Part shown: positions 1 to 8,477 of the stretch, in pieces
How positions within the stretch are numbered: position 1 is the stretch's first letter
Layout of the letters: every line of letters begins with the position of its first letter
From: an uncultured bacterium
Lineage (GTDB): Bacteria > Babelota > Babeliae > Babelales > Babelaceae
NCBI GenBank assembly: GCA_963717435.1
Contig: OY970332.1
Coordinates: 960,001-1,024,000, forward strand
Direction: 5' to 3'
DNA: 64,000 nt
Notes under the pieces: model-generated
Database searches by the model: none
Told to the model about the DNA's origin: nothing
Seen by the model: only the letters and a program-made list of their open reading frames with translations
Program-made: the position numbers and the translations under genes

Positions 1-16
1 TTAATTGGGAATTTCG

Positions 17-289
17 ATGGCAAATACAAAATCAGCTAAAAAAGCCGCAAAGCAATCTGAAGTTAGAAGAAAGCAAAACCTATCACGTAAGACAGCAATC
101 AAAACAGCTATCAAAAAAGTTGTTGCTGCTATCGACGAAGGTGCGGATTATTCAGTAACTCAAGAACTATTGAGCGACGTTGCTGCTAAGCTTGCAAGAG
201 CAAAAAGCAAAAAAGTAATTCATGCAAATACAGCTTCAAGAAAGCTTTCAAGACTAGCTTTAAGAATTAATAAATCTCAAGCTAAGTAA
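17..289 (+). CDS. rpsT: 30S ribosomal protein S20
   Basis: MANTKSAKKAAKQSEVRRKQN...KKVIHANTASRKLSRL is the S20 signature; ATG at 17. Confidence 0.97.
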   Translation: MANTKSAKKAAKQSEVRRKQNLSRKTAIKTAIKKVVAAIDEGADYSVTQELLSDVAAKLARAKSKKVIHANTASRKLSRLALRINKSQAK

Positions 290-302
290 AAAGCAATAAA
301 TT

Positions 303-330
303 AAAGCTCTCAAAACTGGGAGCTTTTTTT
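303..330 (+). terminator. Rho-independent terminator after rpsT
   Basis: aaagctctc-aaaact-gggagcttt hairpin followed by a T run. Confidence 0.7.
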
Positions 331-371
331 ATGCCAATTTTTTAAGTAAAAATAAATTAGAGTTAATTTAA

Positions 372-1790
372 CTACTCAAAATATTTTCTAAATAGTTCAT
401 TTGAAAATATGCCATTGGGGTCATATTTTTTCTTAGTATTAAGAAATTCTTGAAAGTTTGGATAAGCCGATAAAAGTTGATCTTTACGGGCGCTTAAGAG
501 ATATGGTAAATAAAAAGAACCACCGCATTTAATGGCTTGATCTATAAGCTCTTGTGTCCATTGTTGAGTAGCATCTTTGCCGTATTGCATGTTTAAGATA
601 TTAATATAAAGCACAAAAGAGAAAGAATCCTGTTGCGCATAAGACAACAACGATTCAGAGTTCTTTTTGACATATCTTATAGAACAGTTCAGCACGTTTA
701 CGTTGTAATAATTAATAATCTTTCTTAACTCATCCACAAAGTTATCAAATTGATCGCAAGGGATAAAATATTCTTGCAAAATGTGACTTGTGGGGAAAGC
801 TATCAATGGTTCCAAAGACTTGGTATCCTCGGCCATAACAAAATTTCGCATAGCAACCTGAGTATTATTCAGAACTTTGGGCTCCAGACCCGCTCGCCAT
901 TCTCTGGCTTTGCTTACCCTGCGTAGAATTTGTAATCCTACCAATTCAGCAAAATAAAGCTTTTCAGGATCCCTAAATCTATCTCTAGTTGTTAGTGGTT
1001 CGTCTGTTTTTTTCCAGGCAATACTTAGAACCTCATTGAATTGATTCGGGTAAAGATTCCCGTTATGAAGCACTATATCCGGACGGTTTTGTATGTTTTC
1101 TTCAAAGAATTTTTTATAATCTTTTACGTCTATTAGCCTAACCTCACGATAGATTTTAACATTTTCTGTCAGGTTCAGAGTTGCCTCGACAATGATCCCC
1201 ATATAGCCATACCCACCAATAGCGGCCCTAAAAATGTCATAATTTTCTTGGCGACTTGCGGTTATTAAAGATCCATCAGCCAATATGATTTTTATAGATT
1301 CTACGGTTGAAATAAGCTGACTACTTGTACCCTGTCTTCCATGAACGTTTACGCTAAGGGATCCACCCACAGAGAAGTTATAATAAGACTGCATAGATTG
1401 TATAGACAAATTATACGGGTCTATGTGCTCTATAATCTGTTTCCAGGTGGCCCCAGCTCGTACCGTTATCTTTTTATTGAAAACATCCAGCTTAAGAATA
1501 GAGTTGAACTTACGCATATCTACAACTATACCGTCTTTATACGCAGTTTGCCCGCCTTGGCTATACCCTGCGCCCCAAATAGATACTTTTTGCTTTTTCA
1601 ATGTGGCTTCACGAACAACATCTTGTATTTCATTGATGCAAGTTGGTTTTACTATCTTTTGAACCGGCGTACTTGTAATACTTGCCCAATCAACAACCTT
1701 ATCTGCAGGTAATAGAGCAAATACAGGTATTATTAAAGAAAATATTAGTTTTTTATTAAAAATAGACATATGACCCCCATAAATTATCAT
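372..1790 (-). CDS. FAD-binding oxidoreductase (VAO/PCMH fold; L-gulonolactone oxidase/DprE1-like)
   Basis: GAGYSQGGQ, SVGGSLSVNVHG, IGGYGYMGII and C-terminal KKKYDPNGIFSN motifs. Confidence 0.85.
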   Translation of the reverse strand: MIIYGGHMSIFNKKLIFSLIIPVFALLPADKVVDWASITSTPVQKIVKPTCINEIQDVVREATLKKQKVSIWGAGYSQGGQTAYKDGIVVDMRKFNSILKLDVFNKKITVRAGATWKQIIEHIDPYNLSIQSMQSYYNFSVGGSLSVNVHGRQGTSSQLISTVESIKIILADGSLITASRQENYDIFRAAIGGYGYMGIIVEATLNLTENVKIYREVRLIDVKDYKKFFEENIQNRPDIVLHNGNLYPNQFNEVLSIAWKKTDEPLTTRDRFRDPEKLYFAELVGLQILRRVSKAREWRAGLEPKVLNNTQVAMRNFVMAEDTKSLEPLIAFPTSHILQEYFIPCDQFDNFVDELRKIINYYNVNVLNCSIRYVKKNSESLLSYAQQDSFSFVLYINILNMQYGKDATQQWTQELIDQAIKCGGSFYLPYLLSARKDQLLSAYPNFQEFLNTKKKYDPNGIFSNELFRKYFE

Positions 1791-1833
1791 TATGTAATTA
1801 ATTATGACAACTCAGATTTAACTGTCAAAAGCC

Positions 1834-1886
1834 CCCTCCTGCGCCTATCCACGCCTTACGGCTTGGCAGGCTCCGAAGGGCGGGCC
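1834..1886. repeat. REP-like palindrome, family A (with internal insert)
   Basis: ccctcc-tgcgcct...aggctcc-gaaggg-cgggcc; same layout as the copy at 38842. Confidence 0.6.
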
Positions 1887-1956
1887 CTCTATACCATTTG
1901 ACGAGTTATTCAAATAGAATAATATTAAATATATTGGGGCAAATTGGGGTTAACAA

Positions 1957-2817
1957 ATGAAAAATTTATTAAAAAAATTAGCTGTATTCTTTTGGTCTGG
2001 ATCTGAGACCAATTCTCTCGATAATGCGCAGAATAAAAATTCTAAAAAAACAAGCCGCTATCGTCCTCAAAGAACCAGAAATATTTATAGCAATTCTGAA
2101 TCTAAGATATACAGACTTAGTCGAAGTAAGCTTGAGCTTTTTTCACGGTGCCAAAGATGCTTTTATCTTGACCGAAAGCTTGGCGTTGGTCATCCGCCTT
2201 CATATCCATTTAATCTTAACATAGCTGTTGATGAACTACTTAAAAAAGAATTTGATACTTACAGATTTGAGCAAAAAACCCATCCATTTTTTATAGAAAA
2301 TAATATAGAGGCAGTTCCCTTTAAGCATGATGATATTAATAAATGGCGTGACTCACTTCATGCTGGAATTCAATATACTGTTCCAGGTACAAATATTATG
2401 CTTTATGGTGGTATTGATGATATATGGGTCAACACAAATACCAAAGAATTAATAGTAGTGGATTACAAAGCCACATCTAAAAAAGAGACGGTTTCGCTAG
2501 ATGCCGATTGGCAATCGGGCTATAAGCGACAAGCAGAAATCTATCAATGGCTCTTGCGCAAAAATGGTTTTGTTGTTTCTAATACTGCATATTTTGTTTA
2601 TTGCAATGGAAAAGCGAGTGCTGAAAAATTTGATAAGCAGTTGCAATTTGACGTTTCGCTGCTTCCATATGTTGGTGATGATTCATGGGTTGAAAATTCA
2701 ATAATAGAAGCTTATAAGTGCCTGCAGTCCGATGTTATTCCCCCAATCTCCGAATCATGCGATTATTGCCAATATTGGGAAGGTGTAAGAAGATGCTTAG
2801 AAAGGATATTATCGTGA
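1957..2817 (+). CDS. PD-(D/E)XK nuclease, Cas4/AddB-like (PDDEXK_1)
   Basis: LSRSKLELFSRCQRCF, GGIDD, VVDYKAT, QAEIY (QxxxY) and C-terminal CDYC motifs. Confidence 0.85.
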   Translation: MKNLLKKLAVFFWSGSETNSLDNAQNKNSKKTSRYRPQRTRNIYSNSESKIYRLSRSKLELFSRCQRCFYLDRKLGVGHPPSYPFNLNIAVDELLKKEFDTYRFEQKTHPFFIENNIEAVPFKHDDINKWRDSLHAGIQYTVPGTNIMLYGGIDDIWVNTNTKELIVVDYKATSKKETVSLDADWQSGYKRQAEIYQWLLRKNGFVVSNTAYFVYCNGKASAEKFDKQLQFDVSLLPYVGDDSWVENSIIEAYKCLQSDVIPPISESCDYCQYWEGVRRCLERILS

Positions 2818-4310
2818 TATACTTAGGGATTTTTATTTTAACTTTGGTAATTATTTTGTCCTTCTTTAGAAAGAAGGTAGCTTTGTTCTGCAGTTTATGC
2901 ATTGAAAAAATCGATGGTCTGCTTGCTCAAGCCGAAGAAAAAACAGTGGAGGCATATACTCGTATAAAAATGGAAGAGGAGCTTTCCAAAATTGAAAAAG
3001 AAGTTAAAAGAAAAATAGAAAATTTTTCGTTTCATAGTGTTTTTGAACCAATGCAAGACGATCTAGATTGGCCCGACGTAAATATTCCACGGATGTCAGT
3101 CTCTGAGGCGCAAATTAAATTTATGCTTTCAAACAAATCTCTCAATGGTCCATGCGGAGTCAATTTACTGAAATTGCTGAATATCGGTTACTTGCCGACA
3201 TTTCCCAATTTACAAAATATAAATAATGGCAATTACGATCAAAGAATAAAAAAGATACAAAAACTCATAGAAGATGTTCGTTCAAAACCACTCGCGGAGA
3301 TAGAAAAGGCAAATAAGCTCAAAGAAGCATACAATATGAATCAACAATCTGCGATAGAGGAGGTCGTTAGATTGACTTTGCTTAGACATGCTGTCCCGGA
3401 GATTTTTCAGAAGAAAATAGATATTTTGTATGAAGCAGAAAGTCGGATTATTTTGGTTGTCTTAGAAATCCCCGATTTGTCGTCTATTTCAATTGTAAAG
3501 CGAAAGGCAGCGCGGTATTTCGGAGATTGGATCGAGGTGTCAGCCAAAGTTCAAAAAAAGTTGAAAGAAGATATATTGTATTCTCTTTGTATACGCGCAG
3601 GATATCTTGTAGCAAAATCAGATACCAAGAATTTTGATCTTGTTGCAATAAACGCTAAACAAAGTTGGTTTGATCCAGCTACGGGGGTGAAAAAAGAAGG
3701 GATAATTGCTTCTCTTCAGGCTTCTAAGGAAGACTTTCTTTCTCTTCAAATAGACCGCATCGAACCAAAGGCATGTTTTAGATATCTTAAAGGCGTTTCT
3801 ACACCATCCGTTGAAAATATCATGGCTATTAAGCCAATTTTTGATTTGAACATGAATGACCGAAGAATAATAGAGGGTAGAAATGTGAGCGACTCTTTAG
3901 ATCCTAATGCTAATTTAGCTGAGATGCCATGGGATGACTTTGAGCACTTGGTACGTCAATTATTTGAATGGGAATTTGGCAACAAGGGTATTGAGGTAAA
4001 AGTGACTTGCGCTTCTAGAGATCGTGGCGTGGATGCTATCATGTTTGATCCAGATCCTCTGAAAGGTGGCAAATATGTCTTGCAGGCTAAAAGATATACT
4101 AGAACAGTTGACGTAGCAGCAGTCAGGGATCTCTATGGTACAGTCGTGAATGAAGGAGCAAATCGCGGCATTTTGGTAACCACAAGCAGTTATGGTCCAG
4201 ATACATATGAATTTGCTAAGGATAAACCTATTTCATTGGTTGATGGACAGCATTTAGTTCAAATGCTAAAAAAACATGGAAAAAATTACCATATTCAATT
4301 TGAAAGGTAG
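2793..4310 (+). CDS. Mrr-family restriction endonuclease with N-terminal TM helix and coiled coil
   Basis: C-terminal WDDFEHLVRQLF, SRDRGVDAI, LQAKRYT, VRDLYG, GILVTTSSY and LVDG motifs; hydrophobic N-terminus; start estimated at ATG 2793 (ORF track starts at 2718). Confidence 0.88.
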   Translation: MLRKDIIVIYLGIFILTLVIILSFFRKKVALFCSLCIEKIDGLLAQAEEKTVEAYTRIKMEEELSKIEKEVKRKIENFSFHSVFEPMQDDLDWPDVNIPRMSVSEAQIKFMLSNKSLNGPCGVNLLKLLNIGYLPTFPNLQNINNGNYDQRIKKIQKLIEDVRSKPLAEIEKANKLKEAYNMNQQSAIEEVVRLTLLRHAVPEIFQKKIDILYEAESRIILVVLEIPDLSSISIVKRKAARYFGDWIEVSAKVQKKLKEDILYSLCIRAGYLVAKSDTKNFDLVAINAKQSWFDPATGVKKEGIIASLQASKEDFLSLQIDRIEPKACFRYLKGVSTPSVENIMAIKPIFDLNMNDRRIIEGRNVSDSLDPNANLAEMPWDDFEHLVRQLFEWEFGNKGIEVKVTCASRDRGVDAIMFDPDPLKGGKYVLQAKRYTRTVDVAAVRDLYGTVVNEGANRGILVTTSSYGPDTYEFAKDKPISLVDGQHLVQMLKKHGKNYHIQFER

Positions 4311-4484
4311 ATTTTTAGTTTTTAAATCCTATTTTGAAACTTTCCAAGACACAGTTCTAAACAAAAAAATCTTCTGACCCTATTCTAAAAAATTGCTGAA
4401 TAATTTGTAAACCAAATTTAAACTATCTGTTATAATTATAAGGTAGTTTTAATATTATTTTGCCTGTTTTTTATAAAGGTTAGT

Positions 4485-4775
4485 ATGAAAATAAAATCTA
4501 TTGATTTGACAAAAATTGATAAACCAATTCATGAGGCAGTAGAGTTTCTTTCGATTCAAGAAATAGTTCAAAATCCAGATACTGAAGTGATTAACTTTTT
4601 CTATGAAAGTATATTGTTTGTCCAACAAATATTTAATGAGACTCTTGATCGTTTAAATGAAAGAGCGAAATCAGTTTTCAGTAGAACTTTTGAGAATAGC
4701 AACCTGAAGCAGATTGCTTTGATTTATCTAGATGAACAATTAAAACAGCATGAAGTCATTGTCTGGGTTAAATAA
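4485..4775 (+). CDS. hypothetical protein
   Basis: 96-aa ORF with an AAAGG RBS-like site; no recognised motif. Confidence 0.5.
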   Translation: MKIKSIDLTKIDKPIHEAVEFLSIQEIVQNPDTEVINFFYESILFVQQIFNETLDRLNERAKSVFSRTFENSNLKQIALIYLDEQLKQHEVIVWVK

Positions 4776-4797
4776 ATTTTTTATTTAACCCATTTTT

Positions 4798-4833
4798 AGG
4801 GCTGTATGAGTAATATTTTATTTATACAGCTCT
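4798..4833. terminator. hairpin, probable bidirectional terminator
   Basis: agggctgtatgagtaa-tatt-ttatttatacagctct inverted repeat followed by a T run. Confidence 0.55.
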
Positions 4834-4836
4834 GTT

Positions 4837-4972
4837 TTTATTTCTTAAATTTTTCTTCAAATTTATGCAAAATATCAGGGGTTTAGCTGGTTATTATCCA
4901 TAAGATGGAAATATTTAAGCATGAAGTCTTTTGCCATCATGATAGCGGGGCTGTGGAGCCGGCGTGTTCGAC
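4837..4972 (-). pseudogene. degenerate duplicate of the PBP2 gene 3' end
   Basis: Aligns by eye to 5703..5838 with substitutions and small indels. Confidence 0.85.
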
Positions 4973-5017
4973 AAGGACTGAGATTTATTGTTTCGTAATG
5001 TTTATAATATATGACGC

Positions 5018-5048
5018 CCAGCTTTCGCTAAAGCTTCAGTTGGCACGG
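5018..5048. repeat. REP-like palindrome, family A
   Basis: ccagct-ttcgctaaagcttc-agttgg-cacgg. Confidence 0.7.
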
Positions 5049-5099
5049 ACAGTCATTTTAAATAATTTATATAAAATATAGAATAGCAGCGGGGAGCTA

Positions 5100-5648
5100 A
5101 TGACAAATAAAAAGAAACCCAAAAGAATAAGTCATGATAAAGTTGATGAAAAAGCTATCATAATGCTATTTTTGACAGATAAGAAAGTATATGGCGAGCC
5201 TTATTACGCGCAAAATCATGAATATCCAGATTGCACTATTACTTCAGAGGGACTGTGCATTGAAGAGACATCTGTTCAACGATATGATGTTACTGAAACA
5301 CTAGATAAGAGCGCAATACGGAAAACATTTAAGATAAAATATAGAGACAAAAGCACTTTTATCTCTAAAATTAGAGAGGCTATTAATAGAAAACAAAATC
5401 ATAGGCCGTATAGCGAATTACCTAACAAATATAGCAGAAGAATATTGTTAGTTAGGATTAGTGGGCTTGGTTTGGATTGGAGACTTGATCCAGAGTATAT
5501 TTTTAATGCAGCCAATTTTTTGGATTTAGAATCAGGAATATTCAACGAAATATATCTTGTTATTTATCCATTAATCCCAACTAAAGAAGAAATTGATAAT
5601 AAGATATTTGAGCGACCTTTGCGGTCTGATTTTGTTAGAATTGTGTGA
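5100..5648 (+). CDS. hypothetical protein, possible restriction-endonuclease-like fold
   Basis: EYPDC-x9-EETS resembles a PD-(D/E)xK variant; GGGGAG RBS. Confidence 0.55.
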   Translation: MTNKKKPKRISHDKVDEKAIIMLFLTDKKVYGEPYYAQNHEYPDCTITSEGLCIEETSVQRYDVTETLDKSAIRKTFKIKYRDKSTFISKIREAINRKQNHRPYSELPNKYSRRILLVRISGLGLDWRLDPEYIFNAANFLDLESGIFNEIYLVIYPLIPTKEEIDNKIFERPLRSDFVRIV

Positions 5649-5703
5649 ATTATGAAAGCCACCGGAGGCATTTAATTATTCCGGCTGTTGATGATTTAAA
5701 ACT

Positions 5704-7464
5704 TTATTTCTTAAATTTTTCTTCGAATCTTTTTACAATATCAGGGTTGAGTTGGTTATTATCCATAAGATGGAAATAGTTAAGCATGAAATCTTTTGCC
5801 ATAGTTATAGCAGGGGCTGTGGAGCCTGCGTGTTCGACGAAAACAATAATTGTAAGTGGTGAGTGTTCTTTGTATTTAAAGTTTGCTACAAACCAGCCGT
5901 GCTCTAAATAGATACCACCGAGGGTACGTTTGGATAAATCTGAAGTTTGGGCCGTACCGGTTTTTGCGTAGATCTTAATATTTTTTAATTTATTTAATCT
6001 TTGTGCGGTTCCGTGAGTGGACACAACACCTTTCATGCATTTTTTTAATATTTTTAGAGTGCTTTTTGAGATATTTATATCATGGGTTATTATCGGCTCG
6101 TCTTCCAATATTCTTGGTGTCACACGATATCCTGTGCATATCCCGGAAATCATGCAGGCTATTTGAATTGGCGTCACAAGCAAAAAGCTTTGTCCGATCG
6201 AACAAGAAATTGTTTCACCCGGCCACCAGGATTCCCCCTTCACTCTCTTTTTCCATTCACTTGTGGGAACAAGCCCAGAACTTTCTGGGAATATTATCCC
6301 CGTCTTTGAGCCAAACCCCAACTCTCTTGCATAAGCTGCCAGATTATCTATTTTTGCTCTTTTTCCAATATCATAAAATGGAATATTACAAGATTGCGCA
6401 AGTGCCTCTTTAAAATTAACAAGACCGTGCCCGATCTTTTTGTGGCAATAAATTGTTCTGCCCCCATACTCTATGCTCCCGTTACAGAACCATTTCGATT
6501 CTAGCGTTGCTAAATTATAATCTATAGCGTATGCCATTGTGACAAGTTTAAAGAGGGACGCTGGTGGATATTCTGCCGAAAGTGCGCGATTTAGAAAGCA
6601 GCGATTCTTTTGAAGATCCTGCCATTCGTCATGATTTATTGTTCGTAAAAAAATTTCTGGATCAAATTTTGGTCTTGAAATTAAAGCTTTAAGTGCGCCT
6701 GTTTCTGGATCCATCAAAATAAATGCTCCAGAATAATCTTCAGGAAAAAGTGTTTCTGCGCAAAGTTGTAAATCTAAATTTATAGTGGTTCTAATATCTG
6801 CGCCGATCTTTGGGGGCTTAACCTCTTTTTCTGCCAGATTATGTCCGACAGAATTAATCGTTTTGACAATCTCGCCCGGCTCACCTTTTAATTTTTCTTC
6901 ACACATTTTTTCGATCCCCATCCTGCCGGTTCTTTCAAGGTCGATAAACCCTAAATATCCTATAGTGTGGCTCGCGAAAGGGCCATAAGGGTAAAAACGC
7001 TTGAATGTTGTTGAAAGAACAATATTACTGTTATTTGAAAACTGTTCTGCAATTTTTCCCAGCTCCTCAAAAGATAGATCTATTTTTAATATTAGTTTTT
7101 GTTTCTTCTTTTCTGCCGGTAATAATTCAGGATTATTTAGAATTTCTATTGAGAGAATTTTTTCAAGATTTCTTATATTTTCAATATCTTTATCATCAAA
7201 ATTTTTTTTGCCCGATCCTTGCCAATTTACACAAGTTACTGGCCTGTTTGTTACAAGAAGCTTCCCGCTTGTATCAAGAATGTTGCCACGTGGCGGGCTT
7301 ATTTTTTCATGTCGCAAAAAGTTTTTCTGCCCCATGATAAAAAAACTTAAAGTCTTATTAACTTGCAGGTGAAACAGTCTGCCAACTATTATTAAAAACA
7401 GGAAAAATATCGAACCCACAAGAAGTTTAAGTCTTGTGGGTAAAATTTTTGATGGTATTTCCAT
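5704..7464 (-). CDS. mrdA: penicillin-binding protein 2 (class B transpeptidase)
   Basis: N-terminal TM, PPRGNILD, RFYPYG, SxxK (ASLFK), SxN (SCN) and KTGT motifs. Confidence 0.92.
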   Translation of the reverse strand: MEIPSKILPTRLKLLVGSIFFLFLIIVGRLFHLQVNKTLSFFIMGQKNFLRHEKISPPRGNILDTSGKLLVTNRPVTCVNWQGSGKKNFDDKDIENIRNLEKILSIEILNNPELLPAEKKKQKLILKIDLSFEELGKIAEQFSNNSNIVLSTTFKRFYPYGPFASHTIGYLGFIDLERTGRMGIEKMCEEKLKGEPGEIVKTINSVGHNLAEKEVKPPKIGADIRTTINLDLQLCAETLFPEDYSGAFILMDPETGALKALISRPKFDPEIFLRTINHDEWQDLQKNRCFLNRALSAEYPPASLFKLVTMAYAIDYNLATLESKWFCNGSIEYGGRTIYCHKKIGHGLVNFKEALAQSCNIPFYDIGKRAKIDNLAAYARELGFGSKTGIIFPESSGLVPTSEWKKRVKGESWWPGETISCSIGQSFLLVTPIQIACMISGICTGYRVTPRILEDEPIITHDINISKSTLKILKKCMKGVVSTHGTAQRLNKLKNIKIYAKTGTAQTSDLSKRTLGGIYLEHGWFVANFKYKEHSPLTIIVFVEHAGSTAPAITMAKDFMLNYFHLMDNNQLNPDIVKRFEEKFKK

Positions 7465-7470
7465 AGAAAA

Positions 7471-8319
7471 TTACTGCACAGATTTTTTATACTGCTTAGT
7501 AACATTTAGGGTTCTTAGGCCCAATAACTCTTCAACCATTTTCAAGTCTGTCCCTTTTTCTATCATATGAACGGCAAAAGAGTGTCTCAAAATATGTGGG
7601 GTTATTTTTTTCCCCTCAGTTAAAAACTTTTCGAACATGCCGCATATTCTCTGGATCGATCTTGTTGTTAAAGACTCGTTTTTGTGATTTACAAAAAGAA
7701 ACTCGCCGTTTTCTGTGCACTCTTTTTTTATGTAATCCACTAGCTTAGATTCAGTAGTTTCTTTGAGCGGGACCATTCTCGATTTTCTATTTTTTGTATT
7801 TATAAATATTTTTTTGTTAGTTAAGTCTATATCTTTTATTTTTATATTAACGATCTCAGAACATCTGATTCCTGTTGAATATAAGATATCAAGAATTAGT
7901 TTATCACGTGTAGGTTTCTGTGACGGGATACTTTTATTTGGGAGTTCTTCTATCAAGAATTGGATTTCTTTGTTTGCCAAAAATTCTGGCGCTTTGTTTA
8001 CTATTTTTGGTCTTTCAAAAGAAATCTCTATATTAATATCATGTAGTTTTAAAAATCTTATAAACGAACTTAGGCATGACATTTTTCTTGCTACAGATCG
8101 TTTATCTAAGATCTTATGTAACAGTGCGGTATTATAGCGTGAGATAGCTTTTGAAATTGGAATCTCAGATGCTTCTTTTTCCTGAATCTCTTTCCAGAAG
8201 TTTATAAACTGTGCAAGATCCAGGTCGTAAGATTTTCTTGTGTTAAGAGCTAGATGTTTTTCAATTTCAAGATAACGTATAAAATCATTTTTATATTTTA
8301 GACAGTCCTGTATATTCAT
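7471..8319 (-). CDS. XerC/XerD-family tyrosine recombinase
   Basis: SAM-like N-terminus, LYSTGIRCSE, TPHILRHSFA and C-terminal TKQY. Confidence 0.88.
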   Translation of the reverse strand: MNIQDCLKYKNDFIRYLEIEKHLALNTRKSYDLDLAQFINFWKEIQEKEASEIPISKAISRYNTALLHKILDKRSVARKMSCLSSFIRFLKLHDINIEISFERPKIVNKAPEFLANKEIQFLIEELPNKSIPSQKPTRDKLILDILYSTGIRCSEIVNIKIKDIDLTNKKIFINTKNRKSRMVPLKETTESKLVDYIKKECTENGEFLFVNHKNESLTTRSIQRICGMFEKFLTEGKKITPHILRHSFAVHMIEKGTDLKMVEELLGLRTLNVTKQYKKSVQ

Positions 8320-8391
8320 CTTATTTCTTTTATTTCTTTGTTATTTGGTTTCAAAGCAAATTATATAGCCAACAATCTCAGTTAACTCTAC

Positions 8392-8457
8392 ACACCCGCT
8401 CGCCCTGAGTGTTCTTCGAAGCCTTGGCGAAGAAGAATGTATCGAAGGGTCGGGTGT
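8392..8457. repeat. REP-like palindrome, family B
   Basis: acacccgctcgccctgagtgttcttcgaagccttggcgaagaagaatgtatcgaagggtcgggtgt; near reverse complement of 41732..41801. Confidence 0.85.
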
Positions 8458-8477
8458 TTGTTGTTATACAAGATCTG

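Noticed and set aside
1957-2817. Possible CRISPR-Cas locus suggested by the Cas4-like nuclease
   Set aside because: No repeat-spacer array and no cas1, cas2 or effector genes in the window.
7471-8319. Prophage or integrative-element integrase
   Set aside because: Xer-like size, tight coupling to mrdA, and no phage or conjugation genes nearby.
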